Below, piece by piece: positions 31,205 through 40,562 of a stretch of 64,000 bases of DNA. How positions within the stretch are numbered: the stretch's first letter is position 1; every line of letters starts with the position of its first letter. The notes under the pieces were generated by a model, which saw nothing but the letters and a program-made list of their open reading frames with translations, made no database searches and was not told the DNA's origin. The translations under genes and the position numbers were made by a program. Origin of the DNA: Candidatus Saccharimonadia bacterium (lineage in GTDB: Bacteria > Patescibacteriota > Saccharimonadia > UBA4664); NCBI GenBank assembly GCA_035544015.1, contig DATKIP010000076.1, forward strand, positions 128,299-192,298, given 5' to 3'.

Positions 31205-31639
31205 GTGGTAAAACCCGAGCTAACAGTTAAAGATTTTCGCAAGCTCATCGAGCTCGCCTACCTGGGCGAATGGATGATTAATGCCCAGCACGACCCCGAC
31301 TTTCAAGACGAAGCCGCCTCGAGCGTTGTGGAAAAACTGCTAGCCGCGCACAAGTTTCCCGACATCGGGCTTGATGCCGAAACCGGCGAACACTTCATCG
31401 AAGCCGAATGGACCCAGCGCCTCTACGACCAATATATTCTCGATTACGACGATCATGTTTTCTGGGATGAACTCACTGAGCGGCTGGCGCAGCGAGATCT
31501 AGCCCGCGAACGCGGCGTGGAAGTCGAACAGCTCAATCGCGACGACGATCTGGGTGAGCTGCGCCCGCTCGAGGAACATTACCGCACCGAGCTCGAAGAA
31601 CACGGCCTCGACCGCCTCGAAATTAGCCCTCGTTTTTAA
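31205..31639 (+). CDS. Hypothetical acidic protein
   Basis: 144 aa ORF with host codon usage; TAAAAT upstream. Confidence 0.7.
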   Translation: MVKPELTVKDFRKLIELAYLGEWMINAQHDPDFQDEAASSVVEKLLAAHKFPDIGLDAETGEHFIEAEWTQRLYDQYILDYDDHVFWDELTERLAQRDLARERGVEVEQLNRDDDLGELRPLEEHYRTELEEHGLDRLEISPRF

Positions 31640-31676
31640 AAATTAGCCCATTCGTACCTAGCATAAGTGGTATGGT

Positions 31677-32996
31677 ATGCTGGTTAGTATGAAATGCTCA
31701 AATTGCGGCAACGACATGGTGCAATCCAAGGCCGGCTGGCTCTGCCCCGAATGCGGGCATATGGAAACGCTGACCGACGCCGATAAAGCCCAGACCGAAG
31801 CCAAACTGCCCGAGGTTTTGGGGCGCCCGGCCCCCGCAGCCGCACCGGCCGCCAGCCCCCGGGCCAAATCTGACGATATCGAGGAGACCAAAACCATGCC
31901 GGATGCCACCACAGACGCCGCCAAGCCAAAGCCCGAAGACGCCCCACAAATCGAAAACCACGACAAGCCCACCGACGACCCCACGCCCGAGGCGGAGGAC
32001 CCTAAGCTCGCGGTGGCCGAAGTTTCGGGAGGCGAGGCAGTCGAGGAGGTCCTGCAGAAATCCATTGCCGAAATCGAAAATAATCCCAAACCAGAGCCGC
32101 AAACGGCTTTATCATCGAGCCCCGCAGTGGCCACCGCGCTGAGCGGCGCCACGCCGGAGCCCCAGCCGGCAGATGAACCAGCCGCCGACGAGGGCGACCA
32201 GACCGCCGACACCGAGCCCGCACCCGAGCCCGACCCAGCGCCCGAGCCCGAACCAGCCCCGGAACCCGAGCCAGCCCCCGAACCACCCGCCCAACCCATG
32301 CCCCCGCCGGCGCCCGCGCCCGTACCCACGCCGCCGCCCGCCGCCGTTGCCGAGCCGGTCCCGGTGGTCGCCGACACCGCGCCGACCCCTGCGCCTCCGC
32401 CTCCCGCGGCGCCCGCACCGGCCGGCGGCGCGCCAGTCCAGCCCGCTACGCACCCCCAGCCTCTCTCGAAAGGCCGCACAGTCGCCCTCATTATCACGTT
32501 TGTCGTGCTGCTCGTGATCGGCGGTGCCGCGGCGTACGCCGTCATCGCCAAGCCCACCCTGCCTTCGTGGGTGCCGGGTACCAAAGCCAGCCCCACACCG
32601 ACCCCCGCGCCCAAAACCAGCTCGGCCGATTCGTCGGTGCTCGACGCCACTGCTACCCCCGCGCCGACCGCTCTGCCCACGCCCGATCCTGCCGCCGCCA
32701 ACGCTCAGCGCCAATCCGACCTCGCCGCCTACGCCGCCGCTTACAAAGCCACTGCCGCCGGCGGCTTCTACGCCGTAACCCCGCCGGCCGTTTCCGTCAG
32801 CGCCGCCGACCCCACCACCGGCCAGCCTTACGTCATTACCAAAGATGCCGCCATCACCGTGGGTCAAATCCGCTACTGGCCCGGTGGCGCTTGCTCCGGC
32901 CCTGGCGTTACCCCCGGCGCCACCGGTACTCGCAAACTCGCGCTGCAAACCCTGCTCGAAGGCACCTCGGTTCCCACTTGCCTCGACGTTAAATAA
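31677..32996 (+). CDS. Membrane protein: Zn-ribbon, long acidic Pro-rich region, TM, PT linker, pilin-like C-terminal domain
   Basis: CSNC..CPEC; PEPEPA repeats; TM; NAQRQSDL...DPTTGQPY...LLEG..C. Confidence 0.75.
   Translation: MLVSMKCSNCGNDMVQSKAGWLCPECGHMETLTDADKAQTEAKLPEVLGRPAPAAAPAASPRAKSDDIEETKTMPDATTDAAKPKPEDAPQIENHDKPTDDPTPEAEDPKLAVAEVSGGEAVEEVLQKSIAEIENNPKPEPQTALSSSPAVATALSGATPEPQPADEPAADEGDQTADTEPAPEPDPAPEPEPAPEPEPAPEPPAQPMPPPAPAPVPTPPPAAVAEPVPVVADTAPTPAPPPPAAPAPAGGAPVQPATHPQPLSKGRTVALIITFVVLLVIGGAAAYAVIAKPTLPSWVPGTKASPTPTPAPKTSSADSSVLDATATPAPTALPTPDPAAANAQRQSDLAAYAAAYKATAAGGFYAVTPPAVSVSAADPTTGQPYVITKDAAITVGQIRYWPGGACSGPGVTPGATGTRKLALQTLLEGTSVPTCLDVK
32212..32290 (+). repeat. Intragenic tandem repeat encoding (PEPxPA)n
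   Basis: 18-nt period encoding EPAPEPDPAPEPEPAPEPEPAPEP. Confidence 0.8.
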
Positions 32997-33093
32997 TAAT
33001 CCCGCCCATGACGAAGGCTCCGGACCTCCGTCTACGACAACGAGTCATAAACGAAGGCCGGAGCCTGTGACGCTCTCGCGGTAGCGAGAACGT

Positions 33094-33459
33094 CTACTGG
33101 GTGATAATGAGCACCAACCCGATTGCCATGCAGACCAGCCCGGCGGCGATCCACCGTAGTGACGGCCGCCGCGGTGGATTCGCTGGCTGCCACCCGGGCA
33201 GGATCGGCTCGAAGATGCCCGAGCCAAGCAGTAGGACCAAGCCGCCGAAGACGAGGGCACAGCCCCAGGCGGCCCAGTCGGAATTCCCCGCCACGAGGCG
33301 CATGATGCCAGCCGCGATAGCCGTGAGGATGCCGACCAGGATCAGCCAGGCACCGCCGCGGGCATTCCGGCCCGGTGTGAGGGCGAACGTTGCGCCTCCA
33401 CCGATTAGCAGCGGAAGCGCCGCGTAGGCAAGAATCTCGGGCAGACTGATGGGAACCAC
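33094..33459 (-). CDS. Small 4-TM accessory protein
   Basis: Hydrophobic ORF; promoter TTGACT-16-TATTAT; long hairpin 33017-33067 downstream. Confidence 0.65.
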   Translation of the reverse strand: MVPISLPEILAYAALPLLIGGGATFALTPGRNARGGAWLILVGILTAIAAGIMRLVAGNSDWAAWGCALVFGGLVLLLGSGIFEPILPGWQPANPPRRPSLRWIAAGLVCMAIGLVLIITQ

Positions 33460-33584
33460 CTCCAGGAACGATCGGCCGCAGCCGAATATCGAACTATCAG
33501 ACTAAAATATAATACAACAAAACCAAAATAAGTCAATGTGGCAGAGCCCCACGAGGGGGATGCCATGCAACCGCCTCGTGGGGC

Positions 33585-33836
33585 TTATCGGTTCGGCGCC
33601 GAGCTCGCCACCAATAGGACCAACCAGAAAAGGCCAGCGAAGACACAAAACAACAGCAGCCTCCATATGGTGCGCACCCCTCGTTGACTATGGGGGGCGC
33701 CCCGACCTCTTCTTCCTCGCCAACTCATGATCTTGTAGAGTATGACTACCGCGGCAGCCAAAACCCAGATTCCGCCAGGCACGTACGGTCCCCTTCTGGT
33801 CGACTGGATCCGAACATTCTCTGATGCACTAGACAA
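33585..33836 (-). CDS. Small 2-TM accessory protein
   Basis: Promoter TTGACT-17-CATGAT; hairpin 33545-33586 downstream. Confidence 0.55.
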   Translation of the reverse strand: MSSASENVRIQSTRRGPYVPGGIWVLAAAVVILYKIMSWRGRRGRGAPHSQRGVRTIWRLLLFCVFAGLFWLVLLVASSAPNR

Positions 33837-33977
33837 TTACGCTTATGGTCCAGCGGCACCGTTGGACATCATGCTTCTCCCAAGCTCAAAAGTCAACGCC
33901 CACCCGCCCAAAAAATTAACCCCGACAACGCACGAAACCCGCGAAGGGTTCCGGCAAGCAGCCTCCTTCACGGGTGG

Positions 33978-34232
33978 TTATTCTTCGGCGAGGAAGCGGT
34001 CAAACATCTCGCCGACGTATCTGAGCTGGACCTTGACGTCTGTTCCATCGACGGTGCCGGTGTACGCCACCGTCGTCATGGGTTCATCGGCCTGGTCCTC
34101 GCCGCCGGGGACATCCGCCACCGGAATGACGTCGGTGACCATGAGGTTCACGAACCACATTCCATTGCACTCGTACGAGTGTGGCGGCAGAGCGTCGGCC
34201 TCGAGCTCGAACATGGCTGCCGCGTGCCTCAC
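33978..34232 (-). CDS. Hypothetical acidic protein
   Basis: 84 aa ORF with GC3-rich codons; start uncertain. Confidence 0.55.
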   Translation of the reverse strand: MRHAAAMFELEADALPPHSYECNGMWFVNLMVTDVIPVADVPGGEDQADEPMTTVAYTGTVDGTDVKVQLRYVGEMFDRFLAEE

Positions 34233-34308
34233 ACCATGTCTTTATCGACTGCGCCACGCGACATGATGCCGGCGACCGGGATTTCTCTCCATCCCATCCG
34301 GGACTCCT

Positions 34309-34734
34309 CTAGGAGAAAGTCAGTCTCGCCATAATGAAACTGCCGTCGTCCCGCTGGCGGTACTCCAACCTTACCTCCACCGCGCCAACCCGGTCTGAGT
34401 GGAGCGAGCAGATGATCACGTGCGACCCCGCCTCGACGTCTTCACCGTACGACCGTGGGTGCAGCCGGTACTGACGGGTGTAATTGTGCCCGCCTCCGTA
34501 CACAGTGTGCTCCGCGACCGGCGCACCCATCGAGTTTGAGCCGTGGCCCTGGTACGCCAATCGGTAAAACAGCGCCCAGAACCCCGATGTGTCTCCCGGC
34601 CCATCGGGCCAGACGAATCGCAACAACTCCCTCCCGTTCGCCGCCGCCTCTCGCGTCTCGTGGATGAACTGCTCGGCAGTGGCCGGTGAGTCGGCGGACG
34701 GTATGGTGAAGTGAGAAACCGGCTTAGACAGCAT
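34309..34734 (-). CDS. Hypothetical protein
   Basis: AGGAGGAG RBS before ATG at 34734. Confidence 0.65.
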   Translation of the reverse strand: MLSKPVSHFTIPSADSPATAEQFIHETREAAANGRELLRFVWPDGPGDTSGFWALFYRLAYQGHGSNSMGAPVAEHTVYGGGHNYTRQYRLHPRSYGEDVEAGSHVIICSLHSDRVGAVEVRLEYRQRDDGSFIMARLTFS

Positions 34735-34772
34735 GGGACTCCTCCTGAAACAGTTGACGATTTTTGCCGGAG

Positions 34773-35050
34773 CTACCGGCCGGGGCTCCGAGACGACGAA
34801 GCCAGCCACCAGATGAGGCAGATAACGAGAACCACGACGATCGCCCTCGTCCATCCGGACAGGCGCCCACCCGGACGGGTTGTCTCCTCGGCCGAGACTC
34901 CCCTACTACTGCCTACATTTGCCAGTATCAAAAGCGCGGTCAGGGCCACGATGATCCCGGACAAAGGCGAGAACGGGCGGCCGGTATGCTGAAGGTTGTA
35001 TTTATATCGAGATACATCGCCACAGCGCCGGCCAAAATGGTGACTACCAT
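34773..35050 (-). pseudogene. Probably frameshifted small membrane-protein gene
   Basis: GGAGGAGG RBS and ATG 35050 give MVVTILAGAVAMYL.. stopping after 36 aa; the hydrophobic continuation (SGIIVALTALLIL..) is in another frame. Confidence 0.45.
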
Positions 35051-35178
35051 CCTTGTGCCTCCTCCGTCTCGTCGGCCGCTACCGGCCCGGTACGATTCGA
35101 TGTCGAATCTCGCTCATAATGCTAATATCCGATGCAAAAGTCAACCTAGTTCGGTCGCGTTCGGTACGCTAAAATCAG

Positions 35179-37512
35179 ATGGTGCATCCATTACTCACCG
35201 AACTCAACGACCAGCAGCGCGTCGCCGCCCAGACCACCGAGGGGCCGGTGCTCATCCTGGCCGGCGCCGGCTCAGGCAAAACCAAAGCCCTCACCCACCG
35301 CGTCGCCTACCTCGTGGCCGAAAAGCACGAGTCGCCGCAAAGCATTCTGGCCGTCACCTTCACCAACAAAGCCGCCGGCGAAATGCGCGGCCGCGTGCTC
35401 ACCCTGCTCGGCCAAAACCCCCAAAACCGCGGCTATTTCCCCTTCATCGGCACCTTCCACTCCATCTGCCTGCGCCTGCTGCGCCGCGAAGCTGTCGAAA
35501 TCGGCCTGGCCTCCAACTTCCTGGTATTCGACTCCGCCGATTCGCAATCCGCCATCAAGCGGGCCATGCGCAACCTCGGCATCGACGACAAGCAGCTCAC
35601 CCCCGGCCTCATCCACGGCCTCATTTCGTCGGCCAAAAACGAACTCATCAGCCCGGCGCAATACACCAAACTCGCCAGCGGCCGGGCCCAAGCCGCCGCC
35701 GCGCAGGTTTACCCCGCCTACCAGGCACTCCTCAAAGAAGCCGGCGCCCTCGACTTCGACGATCTCATTTACCGCACGGTCAGCATGTTCAAAGACTACC
35801 CCCCCATCCTCGCCAAATATCAGCAGCAGTTCAAATACATCCTGGTCGACGAATACCAAGACACCAACCACGCGCAGTATCAAATCACCAAACTCCTGGC
35901 CAGCGCCCACCATAATATCTGCGTTATCGGCGACGACGACCAGGCAATTTACTCCTGGCGCGGCGCCAACTTCCAAAATATTCTTGATTTCGAAAAAGAT
36001 TACCCCACCGCCACCGTCATTAAGCTCGAGCAAAATTATCGCTCCACCAAGCGCATTCTCGACGCCGCCCACGCCGTAATCGCCAAAAACCGCGTCCGCT
36101 CAGACAAAAAACTCTGGACCGATCGCGGCGACGGCGTCGGCATCGGCATCGTCAACGTCTACAACGAAATCCAAGAAGCCGAAACCATCGTGGCGCGCGT
36201 CCAAGACCTGCGCGCCTCCGAGAAGCGCGAGCTCTCCGATTTTGCTGTGCTCTACCGCACCAACGCCCAGTCGCGCTCGCTCGAAGAAGGCTTTTTGCGC
36301 GCCGGCCTACCCTACAAAATCGTCGGCGGCACGCGCTTTTACGAGCGCAAAGAAATCAAAGACGCTATCGCCTACCTGCGCTACATTTACCAGCCCGACG
36401 ACTCCGTGAGCTTCGGCCGCATCATCAACCTGCCGGCGCGAGGATTGGGCGACGTGTCGTTGCAACGTCTGGAAGCGTGGAGAAGGAGACAATTTGTAAG
36501 GCAGGCGGGTAGTGCGGAGGGAGAATCACCCGAGCACGGAGGCGCCGGTCCTGATATCGGTCCCGCCGAAGAGACGGACCGCGTTCGCCGACGCGAGGGT
36601 GATTCTCCCGCAGCAACAACCCTGAGCCTCCTCGAAGCCTGCCGCCGCGCCGACCAAGTCCCCGGCCTCCAAGCCAAAGCCGTGAATTCGCTCCAGGCCT
36701 TTGCGCTCCTCATCGACGGTCTGCGCGACGAAGCCCAAAAGCTGGCCGTAGGACCGCTACTAAACTTGGTACTAAAGCGATCAGGCTACCTCACCTTCCT
36801 CGACGACAACTCCATCCAGGCCGCCGACCGCATCGAAAACGTCAAAGAATTACTCAGTGTAGCCGAAACCTGGGGCGAACTCTCGCTCGAAGGCTTTCTC
36901 GAAGAAATCGCCCTCATCGCCGACATCGACAATTATTCCCAGGACACCAACGCCGTCACCCTCATGACGCTCCATGCCGCCAAAGGTCTCGAATTTCCCG
37001 TAGTATTCATTCCCGGCGCCGAAGAGGGGATATTCCCGCACTCGAGGGCTTTATTCGACGCCGATCAAATGGAGGAAGAGCGCCGCTTATGCTACGTCGG
37101 CATGACGCGCGCCCGCGAGCGCTTGTATCTGCTCTATGCCAACTCGCGTCTGCTCTACGGAGCCACCAACCACAATCCGCCGTCGCGCTTTTTGCTCGAA
37201 ATCCCGGCCGAGCTCCAAGACAGCGGCTCCGAGTGGGCCGGCGCCGCGCTCACCGCGGCCGCGGCCGGGCATGCCACGGGCGCCGGCAGCTGGAGCGCGC
37301 AGCCCATGTACGCCACCACCGAGGCCCAGGCCGCGACGCATCGCGAGGCCATGCTCGGCCTCGACCTCGCCCCCGGCGACCGCATCCGCCACGCCAAATT
37401 TGGCGACGGCATCGTAGCGGCCGTTTCCGGCGACGAAGTCACCGCCGCCTTCGAAGGCATCGGCACCAAGCGGCTATCGCTGAGCTTCGCCCCCATCGAG
37501 AAAATCAGCTAG
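35179..37512 (+). CDS. pcrA: UvrD/PcrA DNA helicase with a ~40-aa insertion
   Basis: AGAGSGKT, TFTNKAA, VDEYQD, GDDDQAIYSWRGA, TLHAAKGLEF, EERRLCYVGMTRA. Confidence 0.97.
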   Translation: MVHPLLTELNDQQRVAAQTTEGPVLILAGAGSGKTKALTHRVAYLVAEKHESPQSILAVTFTNKAAGEMRGRVLTLLGQNPQNRGYFPFIGTFHSICLRLLRREAVEIGLASNFLVFDSADSQSAIKRAMRNLGIDDKQLTPGLIHGLISSAKNELISPAQYTKLASGRAQAAAAQVYPAYQALLKEAGALDFDDLIYRTVSMFKDYPPILAKYQQQFKYILVDEYQDTNHAQYQITKLLASAHHNICVIGDDDQAIYSWRGANFQNILDFEKDYPTATVIKLEQNYRSTKRILDAAHAVIAKNRVRSDKKLWTDRGDGVGIGIVNVYNEIQEAETIVARVQDLRASEKRELSDFAVLYRTNAQSRSLEEGFLRAGLPYKIVGGTRFYERKEIKDAIAYLRYIYQPDDSVSFGRIINLPARGLGDVSLQRLEAWRRRQFVRQAGSAEGESPEHGGAGPDIGPAEETDRVRRREGDSPAATTLSLLEACRRADQVPGLQAKAVNSLQAFALLIDGLRDEAQKLAVGPLLNLVLKRSGYLTFLDDNSIQAADRIENVKELLSVAETWGELSLEGFLEEIALIADIDNYSQDTNAVTLMTLHAAKGLEFPVVFIPGAEEGIFPHSRALFDADQMEEERRLCYVGMTRARERLYLLYANSRLLYGATNHNPPSRFLLEIPAELQDSGSEWAGAALTAAAAGHATGAGSWSAQPMYATTEAQAATHREAMLGLDLAPGDRIRHAKFGDGIVAAVSGDEVTAAFEGIGTKRLSLSFAPIEKIS
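36514..36614 (+). repeat. Palindromic element copy D, in-frame within uvrD
   Basis: GC-GGA-GGGAGAATCACCC...CGCCGGTC..GCGTTCG...GGGTGATTCTCCC-GCA-GC. Confidence 0.7.
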
Positions 37513-37833
37513 TTCCAAAATCCTAACCGCGTGCCGAAGTCGCTTGCCCTCTTCTTGCAGCCGGACCTTTCCGTGCTCGGTGAGAGCATAAAACGCCCGT
37601 TCCTTTCCAGACTTCCCGGCCGGGCCATAAGCCTCTAATTCGATCAAGCCTTCCTCATCGAGACACGCCACCAATGGATAGAGCTGGCCATCCTTCAGAT
37701 CCACGCTTCCCAGTGAGGCTTTATGGGCAGCACTTTTAATCGAATATACATGCCGGGATTGATGAACGAGGCCTAAAAGTACGTAGAATTCGGCGGTCTT
37801 AAGCGGCTTAGGCAAATAAGAAAAAGGATACAT
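37474..37833 (-). CDS. PadR-family winged-helix regulator
   Basis: FYVLLGL...GQLYPL..L.EEGLIE...RAFYALTEHG. Confidence 0.85.
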   Translation of the reverse strand: MYPFSYLPKPLKTAEFYVLLGLVHQSRHVYSIKSAAHKASLGSVDLKDGQLYPLVACLDEEGLIELEAYGPAGKSGKERAFYALTEHGKVRLQEEGKRLRHAVRILELADFLDGGEAQR

Positions 37834-37949
37834 ATCATCCGATTTTACATAAATTTTTTATGCATACAAATTTTAAGTAAAAAGCACCTGACCACCAGCC
37901 CCATCTCGCTCGCGGGCAAAATCCCGGCTTTCGGCCTATAATAAGCACC

Positions 37950-38354
37950 ATGTCACCCGAACCCTATCAGAACCTTCTCGCCGCGGCCCAGGCCGAGCAC
38001 GATCACGGCCACTATAAAGAAGCGGTGATCCTCGCGCAAACCGCGGTCGAGATTTTTACCGAAAAGGCTCTGCGCCAGCTGTACCAAGCGCGCCGCCTCG
38101 AATATCTCAAAGCCACCTTCGAACACCTGCTCATCAATTACAACATCGGCAACACCAAGGTCTCCCAGCTCTACATCGCGCTCTCAAACGACGACATCAA
38201 GCAGGCACCGTTTTGGTCGCGGTTCATCGCCCACACCGAGCTGCGCAACGAGCTCGTGCATGAGGGCAAGGACGCTACCGAGGCTCAGTCACGCGCCTCG
38301 CTCGAAGCCGTCAAGGCCTTGATCGACCACGTCGCCGAGGCTATCGCACGATGA
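37950..38354 (+). CDS. HEPN-like protein
   Basis: All-helical; AVILAQTAVE helix; R-x4-H motif (RNELVH). Confidence 0.65.
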   Translation: MSPEPYQNLLAAAQAEHDHGHYKEAVILAQTAVEIFTEKALRQLYQARRLEYLKATFEHLLINYNIGNTKVSQLYIALSNDDIKQAPFWSRFIAHTELRNELVHEGKDATEAQSRASLEAVKALIDHVAEAIAR

Positions 38355-39268
38355 AGCTGCTCGTCACCGGCGGCGCCGGCTTCATCGGCGCGCGGATCGT
38401 GACGCTGCTGCTCGAGGCCGGGCATGTGGTTGCCGTTTTCGATAACCTCTCCACCGGCAGGCGGACTGCGGTGCCCGCCGGCGCGCAGCTCGTGGAGGGC
38501 GACCTGCGCGACGTCGCCGCCATTCGCGCCGCCGTGGGGGGCCGCGACGCCGTCATTCACCTTGCTGCCCAAGCCCTCGTGCCCGAGTCCGTGGCCGAAC
38601 CCCAAAAAGCCTTCGACATCAATCTCGCCGGCGGCCAGAACCTGCTCGAGGCCATGCGTGCCGCCGGCGTCACTCGCCTGGTGTATTCCTCCACGGCCGC
38701 CGTCTACGGCACCCCCGCCAAAGTCCCGATCGCCGAAGACGACCCCAAGCTACCGATCAATCCCTATGGCGCTACCAAATACGCCTTTGAACAATTGCTC
38801 CACGCCTACCATGCCGCCTACGGGTTTAATGTCGTCATGTTTCGCTATTTCAACCCTTACGGTCCCACCGAAGCTCACGATCCCGAAACCCACGCCGTGC
38901 CCAATTTCATTCGCGCCACGCTCACCGGCCAGCCCATTCCCTTGTACTGGAACGGCGACCAAATCCGTGACTTTTTCTATGTCGACGACATCGCCCGTGC
39001 GCACGTGATGGGCCTGGGTCGCGACGGCTTCGAGATCTACAACCTCGGCTCCGGTTCCGGCGCCAAGGTGCGCGATGTCGTACAAAAAATCTTCGACCTC
39101 ACCGGCCGCACTACTACCATCAATGACCTCGGCGAACGCCCCGGCGACCCGCCGCAGCTCCTCGCCGACATTACCAAAGCTCGCCGCCAACTCGGCTGGC
39201 AGCCCCAAATCTCGCTCGACGACGGCCTCGCCCGCACCATCGCCGCCTTTCGAGAACGCACACATTAA
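38351..39268 (+). CDS. galE: UDP-glucose 4-epimerase
   Basis: TGGAGFIG, SSTAAVYG, NPYGATK, FRYFN, RPGDP. Confidence 0.9.
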   Translation: MKLLVTGGAGFIGARIVTLLLEAGHVVAVFDNLSTGRRTAVPAGAQLVEGDLRDVAAIRAAVGGRDAVIHLAAQALVPESVAEPQKAFDINLAGGQNLLEAMRAAGVTRLVYSSTAAVYGTPAKVPIAEDDPKLPINPYGATKYAFEQLLHAYHAAYGFNVVMFRYFNPYGPTEAHDPETHAVPNFIRATLTGQPIPLYWNGDQIRDFFYVDDIARAHVMGLGRDGFEIYNLGSGSGAKVRDVVQKIFDLTGRTTTINDLGERPGDPPQLLADITKARRQLGWQPQISLDDGLARTIAAFRERTH

Positions 39269-39283
39269 GGTATCATTATCCCG

Positions 39284-40006
39284 ATGAAACCCACCCAACC
39301 CTACCAGCGCGTTCTCCTCAAACTCTCCGGCGAGCAATTTGCCGGCGACCGCGAGTATGGCGTCGACCCCGTATTTGTGAACCGCCTCGCCAAAGAGCTC
39401 GCCGAAACCATCGAAGCCACGCACGTGCAGCTCGCCATCATCGTCGGCGGCGGCAACATTATGCGCGGCGCCAGCGTCGCCAAATCCGGCATTGAGCGCG
39501 CCACCGGCGACTACATGGGCATGCTCGCTACGCTCATCAACGGCATGGCGCTCGTCGACATCCTCGAGGCCAACGGCGTACCGGCCCGCCTCACCACCCG
39601 CCTCCGCGCCGACCAAGTCGCCGAGCCCTTCGTGCGCCGCCGCGCCCTTCGCCATCTGGAAAAGGGGAGAGTGGTAGTTGTGGCCGGCGGCACGGGCAAC
39701 CCGTACGTCACCACCGACACCGCCGCCGTCACTACCGCTCTGGAGCTCGAGGGCGACCTTGTGCTCAAAGCCACCAAAGTCGATGGCGTCTACGACAAAG
39801 ACCCCAGCAAGCACGCCGACGCCCAGAAGCACACCGAGCTCAGCTTCGGCAAAGTCCTCACCGACCCGCACATCAACGTTATGGACAACGCCGCCATCTC
39901 GCTCGCCATGGACAACTCGCTGCCTATCGTCGTCTTCGACCTCCTCACGCACGGCAACATCCGCCGCGTCATCGAAGGCCAAAATATCGGCACCAAGGTT
40001 AGCTAA
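39284..40006 (+). CDS. pyrH: UMP kinase
   Basis: LLKLSGE, VGGGNIMRG, DYMGMLAT, GTGNPYVTTD. Confidence 0.97.
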   Translation: MKPTQPYQRVLLKLSGEQFAGDREYGVDPVFVNRLAKELAETIEATHVQLAIIVGGGNIMRGASVAKSGIERATGDYMGMLATLINGMALVDILEANGVPARLTTRLRADQVAEPFVRRRALRHLEKGRVVVVAGGTGNPYVTTDTAAVTTALELEGDLVLKATKVDGVYDKDPSKHADAQKHTELSFGKVLTDPHINVMDNAAISLAMDNSLPIVVFDLLTHGNIRRVIEGQNIGTKVS

Positions 40007-40009
40007 TAA

Positions 40010-40114
40010 GCTCCGAAACGGGCCAATTTACGTCACCACGAACTCGTTCTCATTGCTAATTATGGGTCCGTGGTCTTGTCTGGCGTGGTGACGTAAATTG
40101 GCCCGTTCCTGCGC
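40010..40114 (-). repeat. Palindromic element copy A
   Basis: 24-bp perfect arms (40017-40040 / 40084-40107) and a 43-nt conserved loop. Confidence 0.85.
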
Positions 40115-40149
40115 CCTTCGTGCCTAGCATCCCCTAAAAACACAGCGAG

Positions 40150-40188
40150 CCTGCCCGAGGTGCAGCGCATGGCCGCACCTCGGGCAGG
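40150..40188 (-). terminator. GC-rich hairpin downstream of the 40214-40426 gene
   Basis: CCTGCCCGAGGTGC...GCACCTCGGGCAGG, with a T-run shortly after on the minus strand. Confidence 0.7.
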
Positions 40189-40213
40189 CGTGACCCCGTC
40201 TCCCGCCGCGCCG

Positions 40214-40426
40214 CTAGCGGTGGGCGGACGGAGTGGGGGTCGGACGCGCCGGCGCGTGCGTAACCGCCGGGCGCACCGCCGGTGAGCTGGTGTCCCCGCC
40301 GTGCTGTAGCGCGAGGGCGATCCCAATGACAAGCAGGGCGAGGAAGGCAATGAGCCTGAGCCATCCTCTCCCCGAACCGTCATTCGTGCGCCTGTTGCCA
40401 CCCCCGGGAAAGAAGCTGTAATTCAC
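40214..40426 (-). CDS. Small single-TM protein with Pro/Thr tail
   Basis: GAGGAG RBS, GTG start; promoter TTGTCA-18-TATAGT. Confidence 0.6.
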   Translation of the reverse strand: MNYSFFPGGGNRRTNDGSGRGWLRLIAFLALLVIGIALALQHGGDTSSPAVRPAVTHAPARPTPTPSAHR

Positions 40427-40562
40427 GAACTACTCCTCTCATTCCGCTTCTGCAGCCTGCGAGTACGCTAGCCGGACCATCCGGCCGAGCAAGCGCCACT
40501 ATACACCTCCCCAGAGCCTTTTGACAACGCTCACCTAGCGCCCAGATAGTGCGCCGGCTAGA

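Noticed and set aside
36484-36625. Intein or intron in uvrD
   Set aside because: Too short; no C/S...HN splice residues and no intron core.
38750-39982. Long antisense or alternative-frame ORFs (also 61751-62986, 11636-12529, 34764-35915, 31658-32701)
   Set aside because: Shadows of GC3-rich real genes; no recognisable motifs.
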